Positions 26,001 to 39,775 are shown, numbered from the stretch's first letter. The stretch: DNA of 64,000 nt from Phoronis australis (GCA_002633005.1 NMRA01000191.1:111641-175640); one strand, 5' to 3'. Made by a program: numbers and translations. The notes: generated by a model from the letters alone, not told the origin.

Positions 26001-29000
26001 TACCAGGCCATTGGTTGTCTGACTGCAGCAATTACATTCCACAGAGCAATGCATGCACTATGAAACCGGTCACACCAATATACCGTGTCTTCATTATTCG
26101 TGGGCCAATTTTTGAGCTTTTAAAAATGAAATTTGAAGGTTTTCCGTAATTAAGACAGATATGCACAAACTTTTGAACATGGAAAAGCAAAAACAACCTG
26201 AAACAATATTTCAGTAAAGCCAGGCAGCTGTGAAGTTTGTAACTTGAGACACCAAATCCAACATGCTCAGCAAGCTTCCTTCTCACAAGCACTGGGGATA
26301 ACTGAGGAAATTTGGTATGTGTGCCGTGAGATCAAAGGAAACCTCGCTAGCCATGGACAGCGAAGAGGTTTTGTGTTTCCTTTTCTATGCCTATTGTCTC
26401 AGTTTTGAAGGCAGCATAATTAAACGCCGTTAATTCCATTCCCGTTTTCTAAATGAAAATTCATCGGTATACCCATCTCCGAAACTAAATTGCTCTAGAC
26501 ACTTATTTCCAAAGCATACAATGTCCCACAATGCAAAACCAATGTGAACACATTTTTATTGGCCAATCCTTCACAAAAAACTGCCATTGACCAATCACAA
26601 AAGAGAAATTTTGTATGCAAATTGCATTCTACACTGATTGTCAAGATACATCTTATAGGTCAGATCTCGCATTTTGGACAATATTCCTTACTTCCTGCCT
26701 CAATCTTTGCCGATCTAGCATTTCAAAACACTGACGATTTTAAAGATAATTTTAACTTTCATCTGATTTTTTGAAGAGAAAGAAATGCAAAAAATCCATA
26801 ACATTTGAAAATGATTTTTAGGCCCTAAAAGTATCTAGAATACACTGTCAGATAAATCTGTAACAGTAATGGCAGCCCTCCCCATCTCATATTTATCCAC
26901 AAACTAGTAGGAACTACATAACATTGATCACTAAGTATTATAAAACATAGGAGTACCATAGATCTAACAGCAAGGGATTCACTTCAATACGAGAAACACA
27001 TTACCTTAACGGAATCATAATACTTCCAGCTGTCACCAGGTATTTCTTTTTTGGGTTCCCGTTTCAGGCTGCTTTCTGACTGGCCAGGTGGGTACACCTT
27101 CATATCACCCAGTAGCACGCGGCACTTGAGAAGGAATAGTTGACCCGAATCATCCACAGCCTTAGTATAAGTGATGCACTTTTGGGGATTGTCACTGAAA
27201 AATGTGTTCCCAAGGAATAATATTAACAGTTCCTTAAGGTAGGTGGATACACAAAAAAATTAATTTTGACTGTTTTTTACATTTTCATATCATCCTAATC
27301 TTTAATTCTTGATGCACATTATACTGAAGAAAAATTAAATCATTCTGAAAATCCAAAGTTGTTTTTTAGCTATATTTGACCAAGCCTCAGTAAGTCATAT
27401 GGCTTGAGTGCTCACCAGCTCAGTGATTGACAACTGGGGCAGAGCTTATCTACAAGGACACTCTAGCTCTAATCTAACCCTGTCAACAAGCATTGCGTAA
27501 CCGGGCAATCGAGAGTGATGTACCAGCTGATCAGTATTGGTGTTGTAGCAAGACCAAGAATGAAACAATTCTATTTTTGACCATGTGAAAGTTAGTAGTG
27601 AAATGGTGAACTAGCTCCTGTTCCGAGCCTGAGCCTTTTTGTCTATCTGCAAAAAAATTAAGTTGAGTACGCCAAGCCCTACCGAAGCCATCACTGCACT
27701 CAGCTTTTGGAGTCCGTGCAGAAATTGTGCATGTATAAGAGAAGTCGGTAATATAAGGTCAGTTGTCTTGCGAGAGGACGCTGAGTGTTGATGTGGGTGG
27801 TGTTGCACGATTCGGTGAGAGTGCATACACGCGCTGTGAAGACAAGCCGCGTGCGCGACACATGGACAACTACATGCCGTCAGAGCTCTTCGCAGATAAA
27901 CCGTGCTTCTGTGCTGGGAACGTGCCGTGGAGAAACTAGGCTGTCAAACCCTGAGGATTTTTAACTTGCCACTGGCCGTAACCCAAAGAATTAGAGAAAT
28001 GACCCAGTGTTCAACATAACAAAAAATTTTCTAGTGCATAGATTCAAACGTAACCCTGAATTAAAACTCATGATATTATACGATTTTAGAGGAAAGCAAT
28101 ATAAGAAACTTTAGTAACTTGAGAATCTCACCCAAGCGGCGCTATTTGCGCAGAAAGTGATATTTTCTTATCCCAAAGTCCATTCGGTACAGGCACGTAA
28201 AAATGTTGAACCATTACTATGAAAGTAGTTCTTTATCCTCGTCGCCAATATTGTTATGTAGGCAGTAACGCGGCGATTTGATATAACACATATATTGGTT
28301 GATGATAATATTGGAATACTAACAAATAGGTCTGTGTAATATAGTTAGAGAGTCTTTTACAAACTGAGTGGAGAGTTCAGATGAATCGTATAAACAATCA
28401 ACACATGGTGGTCGGCACACCAGTACAGCAGACAATAGATCAACGCTAAGCTCCGCCCACGTGACAGCCATATTTGTTTTGGTCGTCTGTCGTGCATCAC
28501 AAGTTCGAAAAAATGATTAAAATTACGCTGTAAACAAACAGGTATGTCACATTTTCTAAATATGAAGTAAATATCAGCTTTATTTCTAGTACTTCAACAA
28601 AAATTGGAACATAATGACCACGCATTCTGAACGAAATTTGATCTCAAGTGGCAATCGATGACCGCTTAACTTCAAAGCCGTTTTTCTCGGCTCGTGATTT
28701 CAGGATAGTGACACGATTCTCGGGCCTATTTTTCCACAACACGTGGGTCAATTTTAACGAAAGTTGCAAATTTGAAATCCTCTTGGACTGAAGTAAAATC
28801 GCGTGCCAGGGTTTTTTGATAAATGGACCAGATTTTTAGTTATTAGACGGAAAGTGACCAAATGACAAAAAGTGGCGTGCTTGCCCCAACTCACACACAA
28901 AAAATGCCACAAAATCAAGATCATAATGATTTTGTACATATATTTGGTATGGATAAGTAGAATATTGCGTAAGGAAATAGTTGATGATGATCCCTGTGCA

Positions 29001-32000
29001 TTTTGAAAAAAAAATCTAGGTAAAATGGGATTTGTTGAAAATTAAAAAATACGATTTTTTAAAAAAACGAACTACAAAAAACATTTTTTTTTCGATTTTT
29101 GTCACTTTCAGAGTCATGTCTAACTAGTTAAAACTCCCTTTTTACTCATTTTAGTTAGGAACATGGAGATTTGATCAGTGTATACACCTACCTTAATTTC
29201 TCCAAACAGATCTAGAAATGCTTTCCATACCTTAAAACTCTTACCAATTTCGGATAAAAATAATTGCCAAAATTGCTCTTTATATTTTTCAAGTGCTAAT
29301 CTAACACTGTTGTAAATGGTCACATTTTTTCAAAACATGATATAAAACTCGAACACGGAAAAGCACCAATTTGGTGTGGCATATTTCAGGGAAAAAGGTG
29401 AGAAAACAAAATTTCACTTCTAGGCCATATCATGTCCTAAGCTGTATGGTAAGATCTTAGTAGTGATTTTTTAAAGATGAGGTGGTGTTATAAAAAGGTT
29501 TGTTAGGCAAACGATCACCATGGCACCAGTGACCTACAAAGACGTAGACATGCCTCTTTCAACATACCTGAAGTAAATCCCCCTTCCAAAGCGACCCATT
29601 CTACTCAGTCTCATATCAAGGCCCTCTTCACAAATCTCTTCTTTTTCAGCTGCTGTGCCATGGTATAAATATCGCTCATTGAATTGGTAGCCTACAAAAA
29701 GAAACCAACAAAACATACTGAGGTATGACTGATGGAGTCGTTAATGAAATAACAAACCGTGACAATTAATCTGTGTAAATTTATAGACATAGAGGCAAAA
29801 TGCATGGCTGTGATTCTATCTTAGGGACTAAGGAGATCTATAAATTAGACATGCTAATTATAACTGCTCGTTACATAATGTAATAGTATTCTGGTTTTTG
29901 CGGGAACTACAGTTACCTTTTATGGCACATTAGTTAGAATGGTTTATTATATAATGCATGTGTATCTAAAATTTAGGACACCGAAATTGAAATTTCTTGA
30001 TTCTGATCACCAAGAACATGGGTCATTCTAATATCGGAGTACACCGTGTTTTGTACCAACAAAATTTGAAAATAGACTTCAAATACATGATTGATCACAT
30101 TTGTTTTTGGCCAAAACATGAGTAAGAACTTTAAAGTCATTTAGCACTGCAGAGCAGTTTGCACAGGTCAGATCAGAGTCAAAGAGTACTGTTAAGACAA
30201 AGGGAGTGCTGTTCTTAAATCATTCTTTGACTATACATTATTATAATACTCTGGTGTTCAGATCTTAGCCAAGGACAATTCAGGCTTCTGATAAAGGAGG
30301 TTATGCATATATAGCAGAGACAGTGTGGCCTAGTGTGATGGATGCCCGCCTTCTTAACTTGAGTTCGAGTCCCACTCGGCCACACTGGTAGACCCTTGAG
30401 TCAGGTTTCTAGCTCCTCAGCTCGATTTTAACTATATATTTACAAAGCAAAAATACAGTTCCAGGTGATTAGTGCAATGGGCCCACATTTGTGGCCTGCG
30501 CATGTCTGGTACAACGTGTACCCCACTGCCTGCAATAATTTTATACAAAAAAATGGTTGAATCACACTGAGTGCGATTTGTCAGTAGAAACACTGGTTCA
30601 TTTGAGCTCCAACTGTTTTGATTGCTGGTCTCTCCCCTAACAATGCATTTTGGTGTGTACCAGTGTGCTACATGACTGGAGTATTGTGAAGAACATTGTC
30701 TTGAGAATCGTTTAGTAATAATAAACCGAAAAGTTGACTACAACAATGTCTTTGTTTACATACGCCCTGATTCTTAGATTTCAAGTAGTTCATATAAAAT
30801 TGTCATGCGGATGCAATGTAATTCAGCGTCCACTTTGTGATTTCCTAGCTTGGTCAGTACTGTACAGCTTTTAAAAATACTAAGAACATGCAGATATCAT
30901 GTAGTCAGAATTGGTTAATTGTCTTACGGCATACTCGAGGGAAATGTAAAAACTAAAATTGCCTTTAGGGAGCATAACAGTAGTCAGATCTGCCGAAAAG
31001 TCATGGTCAGTCGCTAGCTGTCAAATTTATAGGAAAACAATTGCCACGATTTGATAAAAATCCTGTAAAGGATTAAGAAGATACAAATACAGATGCAAAA
31101 AACCAAATTCCCACTCGTCATGGACTGTTGCCTGCTTCACAGAAACACATCTGAAAGGGATTTAGGAGACACACCACCAAACGTTGAGTGCTTACACAAA
31201 GACGGCGGCAACTGATGCACCCAAATAAATGTACATGTGGACGTAAGGCTAATACAGGGTTTCCGATACTTTTAAAAATTTATAATTGCTGCTCATTTCC
31301 CATGACCTGAAACTTATTCGAAAAGCTGTATTCAAAGAAACTCCAGCTGTTTTGCCAAAAATTTAACAATTCCACTCACCAGGAGGTCTATGATTACTCA
31401 GGTGTGTCATCTGGTGTTTATATGTGTCCAGAAGCGCATGATTTTGCACTCGCTCGATTCTGGTTACTTTAAGTTGTGCAAGATCCAGCTCACTTCTTAT
31501 CACCTGGTATTCAAAATCAGCCTCCTTGAGCTCAAATATTTTATAAAGACCAGCATCTTCAGGCGAACTGTGTAACCAGTTAGTTGGTACACCTTGGCTG
31601 TTCAGTGCAAACGGCAACATACGACAAGGAAACTCATTGCACACAGCTCCACTGGTCTTCATTGATTCATTAGCACTTCTTAAGTTTCGGCCAACATGTG
31701 CTGCCACATCTCTGGTAGCATTTCTGAAAGTGTTCACTGATGAAGCACCTGCTACTTGGTTATCATTTCTGTTCGTGAGACTCTTTTTCTGAGCAGCCCT
31801 AAAGTTGCCATACATCATTTTGTGGCTTCCTGCCCGTGCACCACGGTAATTGTCATCGTCGTCATTAGAGCTGGCAACATCATCAGAGCTAGCATCATCT
31901 CCACTATACGAATCACCATCATCATCACTAATATGGATGATTCCACACCTCTCCAATGACTCTGACCTGCAACAAAACAATAAAGATTACAAATTTAACA

Positions 32001-33218
32001 CGCAAATAGTGTGCAACTTTTCCCTACTGAAATGGACAAGTGACTGAAGGACAGAATGGCCACTGCATTATAGTCGTTCTCCCCAGAGCCATAGGAATTG
32101 GGAAACCAAAGAGGTCACATGCCTCCAAAACTTTTCATGCCTCAGGATTAAACTGAAGCAACTGGCACAGGCGTATAGCCGGGGGCAGTCAAGAAAAGGA
32201 AGACAGCGAAACATAGTAAGAAAATTCAAGAAAACATTTGTCAACTAACTTTTGGCACGAGGTGTCAGCTAACAGCTGACAGTTCACTTGAGGCACACAG
32301 CCATCTGTGCCAGCTCTTAGGTCTCATTCTCATTCTCAGTGAAATTTTATTGAAAAATGGTTACTCAAGTTGCGATGGCTGCCTTCAAGGGGTTTTCCCC
32401 AGACTATGGTGGGCATGGGGTCAGTACAAAATTGGCAACATTCGGAGACTGGGGAAAGGCAGAGGTGCAGCGACAGAAAAGCAAAATAAACCTGGTGCAT
32501 GAAAAAATATACCTCATGAGGGAATAAATGCGTTCATGAGAAAACCTACACTCTTAGCGAGACTGCATGCAGGCGTGTGGCTTCTACTGGAGGAAGACTG
32601 ACAACCTGTTTCTTGGCTAGTTAGCATTATCCTAAGTTGAACAAGTTACTTCACTAAAGACATTTTTCAGGACAAAAACTACAATGTGTTAAGATGGATG
32701 ATGACAGTCTTAAGACTGATGGCTATAACACCATCTGTTGTCAAAAAAAACAAACTTTTGATGTTAATGTTATCAGCCAGGAATCGAAATGCTTCTCAGC
32801 CACATCAGAAGTGATTTCTGAGCTTTTGAAGACATGCACACTCAACAAGGTAGCTTTTCGTGGCAGGTGATTTTATGCGGGCCAGGAATGGTCCTCAGAA
32901 GTGACAACAAACTGTTAAGTTCATTCCAAGCTCAAACCAACCTAATATCGGATTTACAGCGGCGGACGCGTGTTTAATAACTTAAAAGTTGGGTTTCTTT
33001 GACGGAAGGCCGGTGTATAGCAGCAGCCTAAACATGGCACATTTTGACGGCTCCAGATCAATTGCAAGAATAATAAGTACTCAACCTGTTTGTTAAACAA
33101 TCACTCTCACGTAATACTTCAGTGATACAAGCCACCTTTTCAATAAAGTTTCAATGTGACATTCTTACTTGGTCTGCTCCTTAGAGTGGCGACCACGTCG
33201 AACAGTCACCTCTTCCAC
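22720..33218 (-). CDS. PARP/ADP-ribosyltransferase catalytic-domain protein (tankyrase/TIPARP-like catalytic motifs, H-Y-E triad); 5' end uncertain
   Basis: In-frame GT-AG exons 33218-33169, 31966-31380, 29691-29568, 27194-27005, 24256-24149, 23019-22735/22720. Motifs VTRIERVQN, NERYLYHGT, EGLDMRLSRMGRFGRGIYFS, LLKCRVLLG, YYDSVKG, IEYVVYQNSRVLVEYVV. Confidence 0.9.
23323..23500. repeat. 15-bp tandem repeat (aacttaagttgggct/g), about 12 copies, each with the palindrome AACTTAAGTT
   Basis: Directly visible; lies in a PARP-gene intron. Confidence 0.95.
24149..24256 (-). CDS. PARP catalytic exon (GQPKDYIEYVVYQNSRVLVEYVVYIED...), catalytic Glu
   Basis: tacag acceptor, gtaaaa donor; EYVVY motif. 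Confidence 0.9.
27005..27194 (-). CDS. PARP catalytic exon (DNPQKCITY...LLKCRVLLG...YYDSVK)
   Basis: tttcag acceptor, gtaatg donor; CRVLLG and YDSV motifs. Confidence 0.92.
29568..29691 (-). CDS. PARP catalytic exon (NERYLYHGT...GRFGRGIYFS), H and Y of the triad
   Basis: ttgtag acceptor, gtatgt donor; HGT and FGxGIYF motifs. Confidence 0.93.
30317..30425 (+). mobile_element. Degenerate tRNA-derived SINE head
   Basis: A-box-like tggcctagtg, B-box gttcgagtccc, followed by CORE-like cccttgagtcagg. Confidence 0.5.
31380..31966 (-). CDS. PARP-domain gene exon: acidic low-complexity segment, then PARP N-terminal part (VPTNW...EYQVI...VTRIERVQN)
   Basis: ORF 31363-31980; ttgcag acceptor, gtgagt donor. 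Confidence 0.9.
33169..33218 (-). CDS. Probable upstream exon of the PARP-domain gene (VEEVTVRRGRHSKEQTK)
   Basis: Strong ttttctgttttcag acceptor and gtaaga donor; phase 0 in, phase 2 out, matching the exon at 31966. Confidence 0.7.
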
Positions 33219-34814
33219 CTGAAAACAGAAAATGAAAACTCAGCCAAAATTTACAAATTTACGGCAGGTATGAGCTACACCACGGCAAAATCTCACAAAT
33301 TTAGGAGGCAACATGGTGGACAAGTGGACTGGTTTCCCTTCTCCTTCAAAGCTCAAGTTACACCAAGTAAGATAAAAGTACTTACTACATGCACCATCTG
33401 TTTTGAGAAATTGTGGTCATGCAGCATTAGAAAGTTTTTGCAAAATGTAAAATCGTGCCTAATTATTTTTGTCCAAAATTGTTGGGGTCTTACCGTACCA
33501 ACATTTGTAACAGCTTCATATTTAATTTGCACTTTAATTATAGTAAAGTTTTGCTGTCCATGCCCAAAATGGAGACATCTATATAAATAAATGTGTTTCT
33601 TATTGTAAAATTTGATTACAAGTGGGAACACCTGTCAGTAAAGGGTGATCTGAACCAAGGCTATGTTTGAAACTGGGTACACCAAAGACAACAAAGGCGA
33701 ACAATTGCCAGGGTAGGGCCGCCTAAATATAAGTGAACCCATCATGACAGGTCCAAGTTTTATCTGTTCTTTGCATACGACGAGTGGTATTTAATGCATA
33801 CATAGGTTTGTGATTACGTTGCATCTCCTGCACAGCCAACACTTAGTACTCAGGTCAGCCCTCACTCGCCGCCGCGAGGATACAACAAATTTCAGCAACA
33901 GTACCCGTTTAGATAATAAACTTGAGGGAAAAAACCTTACTAGATCAGCAAATGTCTTATCTGTAGTGCCATAACTGATGCAAAGTAACAGCCTGGAGGG
34001 AGCACTTGCTGTGTGACTACCTGGACGCGAGTGCATGTTCTGCGTACCTGGCAGCAAATCATCACCAGCTTTACTGGCCGTTAAAAATGTAAAATACAAA
34101 AAAACATTCACACAGTGAGCTTCTCACCTGAATTGCAATAACGCAAACCTGTGCTTGATTTTGCTGCCCGGATACGATTAACCGGCACAGTTATTCCCAT
34201 TGCCAAGACACTTTGCCAGGAAAATAAAATAATCACTGTCTTGCTAAATTGACTTTGATTTTCAATAATTAGACAAAATATATTTTAAAACGGGATGAAA
34301 ACTTTCAAATAATACCTCTGTTGTCTGAATATAAAAATTCCGTGATTGAAAGCACAGGGGGGAATGTAGTGAACTGTAGTCTATGAGCTGAATGTTGGGA
34401 ATACATTGCATGACGCCATATTTTTTATCTTTTTGTCACACGAATTTCACCCATTCAAGGCCTGCGGAGCTAATTAATGTGTTCATCCTGTACCGCAGAG
34501 CACAGATGTCAACGCAGGCCAGGCGGTAAAATGGACTCCGCCGGGTAATAGCTACGAATGCTTCTAGCTAAATGGGAATTACCCTTTTACACCATTTGGC
34601 ACCATGGCAAGTCTTATTTGTGAAGTTATTTCGCCACCAAATAGTATTCTGTCGTTCATTGTTGGCCATCAGACGCCTGGCCGTAACGAAGTTGCGGGAG
34701 ACCCTGTCTAAATTTATTTTCGATATTTTCGCAAGTTAAATCCTCGAGATATTCTAACTGTATAATAATTTTACTCAATTATTTTGATATTGCATTCCGT
34801 TGTTATATTTATTA

Positions 34815-37100
34815 CAGCCAGAGTAAATTACATTATGTGCCCGCACTGTGGTATAATGAGTGTCCCGATTTCACTGCTCAGCCAGTCGGGATACAGCTGT
34901 GTCGTTATCTCTTTGCCAGGACTATGTACACATTGGTTTGCTAACCAATGTGTACATAGCCCAGCTCTCAGCCCTATCTGATAAGCTCACGTATAATCCA
35001 GCAATGGGGCTATTCAGAAAATCTACAATAACAAGAGGGCGCGCGTGTACTAGTGGTGACAGATTAACAGCCTCGATTTCGCGAGCCCTTCAAATACATG
35101 GTGAAATGGCTTGCAGCCGTGCCAACTGAATCTGAGATTGCGTGAAAAGGGTGCTTCTATGAGAGGAAGTAAGCATACAAAGTTAAGGTTTGTGATTATT
35201 TTAACGATTATTCCATGATAATTCTACTGATGCCTGTTAACTGAGGTACTCACTGATGTCGACTTCGCGGCAGTCGCCAGTCGGTTTAATCTTTGTTTGT
35301 TGTGATATGCGATACGATACTTGACGTAGCAATCGGGATCTTTTCGTACATCAAAGCATTATTATTATTTGGAATGATTTCTAACAGTTTATTAGTGACA
35401 GTTACACCAATCAATGCTGAATGTTTATGCTGTCAACTCGATACAGGTTAATGAGTTAAGATTACAATCCAAGCCCAATGGCAAAGGGTACATGACAAAT
35501 ATCCATTGCATTAGACTATTTGTTTACTCCCTATCATATGTCTTTTGGAAATGGAGATCCATCACGTCTGTTTTCGCGTAATTTTTGGTTTTTAGGTTTG
35601 AGGGCTTGTACCGTGCAGAGGAGATATGCATCGCTTCTGCACCGTCCCTGAATGGACAAAAATTGGTTTTTAGCATTTGACTGCAGCTAACCAACAAGAT
35701 CTTCCCATCCAGTGCAGATCGGTTGTCAAAGCCTACTTTCAATATTGGAGACAATGACCAAAGCCTTTGAAAAGGAACAGCTATATTTAAAGAAAGGTAT
35801 GTAAGTCATTTTGTTAATTTACTTATTCAGGTCCTTAGCGGGGGATTGGCATGGGGGATTGGGGTTGTAATATTTGAATGTGTGGAAATAACAGGTAATA
35901 CATGTTTGGGGAAAAGAGCATGGTGAGGTAATTCTTAACCTTCATTAAGTCCCTTCAAGTTGATTTCATGAAACTGTTTTGCTACTTGTATCAATTGTAA
36001 ACCCATGGAAATATAATACATTTTCTGAATTCACAGTGACTGAATAGTCTTAACTCATGCCTTGAAATGTTGCAAGTCGTTATAAATTCAAATGACTGCC
36101 ATTTTTGTGAAAATTGCATTTTTGATGGTGCCTTACGATTTGTAATTACTCTTAAACAACAGAAAGATTATCCAAGTCTTCATATCTTCTATTAGAAGAA
36201 AAATTAAGTCTGAGAAAACGGTTCACTCAACCTTAGACTAGAAGTATGCTTGACAGACCCATGAACCTGTAATGGGAGTTTAAAATTAAAAAGGCTTGAA
36301 AAACTTGGGTAACAAAAGTTTGAAGTTGTCTCAAAAAAAAATGTATATTTTGCAAGACAAGTGATGCGTTTAAAGAATTGTTACGGCTAGGAATAAAAAA
36401 TAAAGACACAGTTTTATACAATGCTTATTATATACACCCCAATGGTTTCTGAAAATAGTAATTATCTAATTTTATGTGAAACTGTAGATGAGTCACCATA
36501 TATTTTTGAAAAACAGGGATAACATTTTTGACCCAATCTGGAGTACTTAATTTTTCATATTTCAATATTTGTTCCAGATTCAGTGACATTTTAAGGCCAC
36601 TTCAAGCTGTATCAAAGACAAGCTTTGTTACTCCGTTCTCTTCCCACAGCACTTCCACACACCAGCAGTGCTGCATGGCACAATGTACAAGTCAGTGGCC
36701 CTGGAGAAATGTGAATCGCAGTACTAAGTTACCATAAGACAATGTGCCAGTGGACTGTCTGTGTATTCAGACGAACTATATCTCATCTGACTGCTACACA
36801 AGTAAGCCTTGTTGGTGAGGATGCCCTTTCATAGGCAATGAGTCATGTGTGGACAATAGCTTATTTCCTTCCCTGGAAAAAACATGAGGGACTGAAGCTA
36901 AAGAAGACCAAGTGACACTCTGGTCTAGTTCAGGGTCTGATTTTGGGCTCAAAACGATTCAAGTGATATGCTACTGTGTTTACCTTCAAGGGTCTAATTG
37001 TGGATGTTATTGAGGCTGAATGAGGTTACATGAAAGAAAGCCACGTGTCGAAACTGGACCTTTTTTACAAGCGCTTCTATAGGCCATTGAAACTAGATCC
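34815..37100 (+). pseudogene. Decayed SWIM-like + YqaJ (lambda exonuclease-like) nuclease gene, probably a DNA-transposon accessory gene
   Basis: 36578-37100 reads with stops/frameshifts: RFSDILRP, HFHTPAVLHG..Y.SVALEK, SGLSV, SLVGEDA, LKLKK..VQG, VFTFKGL.V.VI, KLDLFYKRFYRP. Weaker upstream pieces CVH..AL (~34950) and ACT...HRP (~35610). Confidence 0.6.
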
Positions 37101-39489
37101 CAGTGAAATGAAAGCCAAAAGCTGAGTGACATTAAATTTTCATTTCAGAAGAAGGCTTAATAATATACTAATGGTAAAATCTTTTCAATTTGGTACACAT
37201 TATGGGGAAATGATATTCAGTGACTGCATCGATTGTCTTATTGTATGTTTTCAATTGTAGCTAGCTGGATAAGAATCTGCTAAGCACAAGATTCGAGAAT
37301 AAACAATTATCAGTGTATTTAAAAACAAATGGCAAACTGAAAAAGCATAGAAAGAAACAACATTGTGACGGTGTCCATAATCAGGCATATCAAGTGCTGA
37401 ATTTCTGAATTACGTTCAATTCTCTCAGGTTATTGATGAAGGATTGCTTTTCACTTTGTCCATAGGTAAAGTAGATGGTCGGGCGGTTGCTTTCAGTTGT
37501 TTTCTCTCATCTGTAACAGAATAGTCGGACAATTTAGCAAATTGTAAAAGAAAAGACAAGACAAAACTACTTTTGTAAGGCAGAACATACTTGACGTTTC
37601 ATCTTCATGACTTTTTATGTGTAGAAACTAATAACCTTTGTACCCAAGTCTTATTTAATATTTGAATTAAAATATGTGAAACAGGCTAAAAGTGATTTAA
37701 CAATGTGTATTTTTCATAACACTAAAAATGTGCTTCTGATCTCAACAAGTAAAATTCATTCTAGGTGTCAATTTTTTTCCAATGCAATGTTACTACATTT
37801 ACTGAATTAAGGCTTATTCATGTTAATTTGATAACTGATCTGGTAGTCCTGGGGGTGGGGTCTGCGATAAAATAAGGAAACTCACTCATCTAGAGAATTT
37901 TATTGGAAACAGCAAAGTTTTGAAGAGAAACTGCTGTGAAAAAGTCAACCTAGACTTCTGTGCATCACGTACCATACACCTCTTATTTTGGGAGCACTCC
38001 CACCCAGGACAATATCTGTTGCTAGCCTACCCGGCATCGGGTGAGTTTCCTAAAAGAAACACTTACCGGTAGTTCCACTCAATAAACCTGTTAGTCAGTG
38101 GGGTAACTGGTGGAGATAACATCACCGAACGATGTTGATATAAACTGATTGCTAAAAACTTACCAAGTAATGTTGTGTAGTCTCCGAATGGAACTGTATA
38201 GTAATAGAGCACACACGGGGCTTCCACACACTTTTTATCAGTTAGTTGACCCTTTTGACCGCAATTGTCCACAAATATAGTAACTTAATCTCTTCTGGGG
38301 ATTTGGGGCCACCTGTCGAAGACTTGCACCAGGGAAATTAGCAGTAATAAGGCTTAGCACGATGACATATTTTGATAACAATTCCATCTTTTACCAGTTG
38401 TTTACATGCAGATAGCCACGCATGCGTAATTCAATCACCACAAGTACAGCAGCGACACCACAAGGAGAATTCTCCGAATAGCCCCATTATGTTGTAAACA
38501 GCGCACCAGACGCTAATCGATATTTAACATTATTGTTCAACAAATGTCGTGAAGACGATGTGTTTTGCATGAAATACTATCACCAAAAAACTTTGAACGG
38601 AGAAAAACAATTGACTTTCAGAGAAATTAGACTTAACTTTCACCTGTTGATTCCTTTGTGTGACTGTAAGCTGTGACCCACTTACTACCACAGCATTGTT
38701 TACGCAGCAGCATCATCATCGGTTGCAGATCCGAGTCCGGCAAAATACTTTCTGTCAAAATTTATTTGCCACATTTTGCCAACAATTTCAATACAAATTG
38801 TCCATATTTGGTTTTGTTATAGTTAACGTCCGCTGTCGAGTTGTCCCCATTTGCATGATGGTGAATTGAATTCCACCACAAACTTGACTTAAATATGAGC
38901 TGTGCGCTCAAATATTGGCTTCTGGACAACTGTTAACATAGGCCTGATCGGTGCAAACTTCAAACTTCAAGAAACATGAATTTCACAAGAGACGCTATTT
39001 GACAATGACAAGTTCTGACGCACACTCTGCCACAGGCTATCAGCAAATTGTGTAGTTATCTCCCTTCACTAGTTCAAATTACTGATAAGTCTGTTCCAAT
39101 GTATTTCTTACAGAGGGCTGCTGGCAAGATCTAGCGCATGCGCAGCAGAACGTGTTACAAATTTCTGGTGATGAATCCATCCGAGAATGGCAGGACAGTA
39201 TCATCTTACTAATTGTTATGTTCGTGCATGGTTTTCATTAAACTTGCAGAGTTCAAAGCATAACCTTATATGGCACTGGTAGCTAGAATCATAGATTGTG
39301 TAAGTTGTGCAAAACAATTCTCTGAAATCTGATTATGACTCTCGAGCAATTATGATCTTTAGTTCTGACAAACAAGTTTTCAGTTGAGAGTTAGACAGCA
39401 TAGTGAATAGATGTAACTTGTAGATTTTTAGAATATACCCACGTAAAACCGTAACACAGAGTTGTGTTTGAAAGAGGTTTTCATACACT

Positions 39490-39775
39490 AATAGATGTCT
39501 TTCTGGCAAATTTTATGAAAATCCGTTGAGGACCTTTGAAGATAGAGGCAAACGTAAATAACTAAAATTGCCCCTAGGGGCACACCAAGAGTCGAATTCG
39601 TCCGAATCTTCGCTCATGCCGTCCCATCCACGAAAGAAACCATGAGCTAAATTTCATGAACGCATACATTGAAGGGTTTTGGAGATTATAAGTCCAGAGT
39701 AGCAGACAACGAACAGACAGACGGAAAGGGATATGGGCACTGCGCCATATATAAATATGAGGGCGCATAAAAAGA
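39490..39775 (-). mobile_element. Family B element copy
   Basis: aaaattgcccctagggggcac core and end tgcgccatatataaatatgagggcgcataaaaa; further fragments at about 30950-31250, 55935-56185, 58830-59330. Confidence 0.65.

Noticed and set aside
30317-30400. Possible tRNA gene
   Set aside because: A and B boxes are present but no convincing cloverleaf or T-run terminator; better explained as a SINE head.
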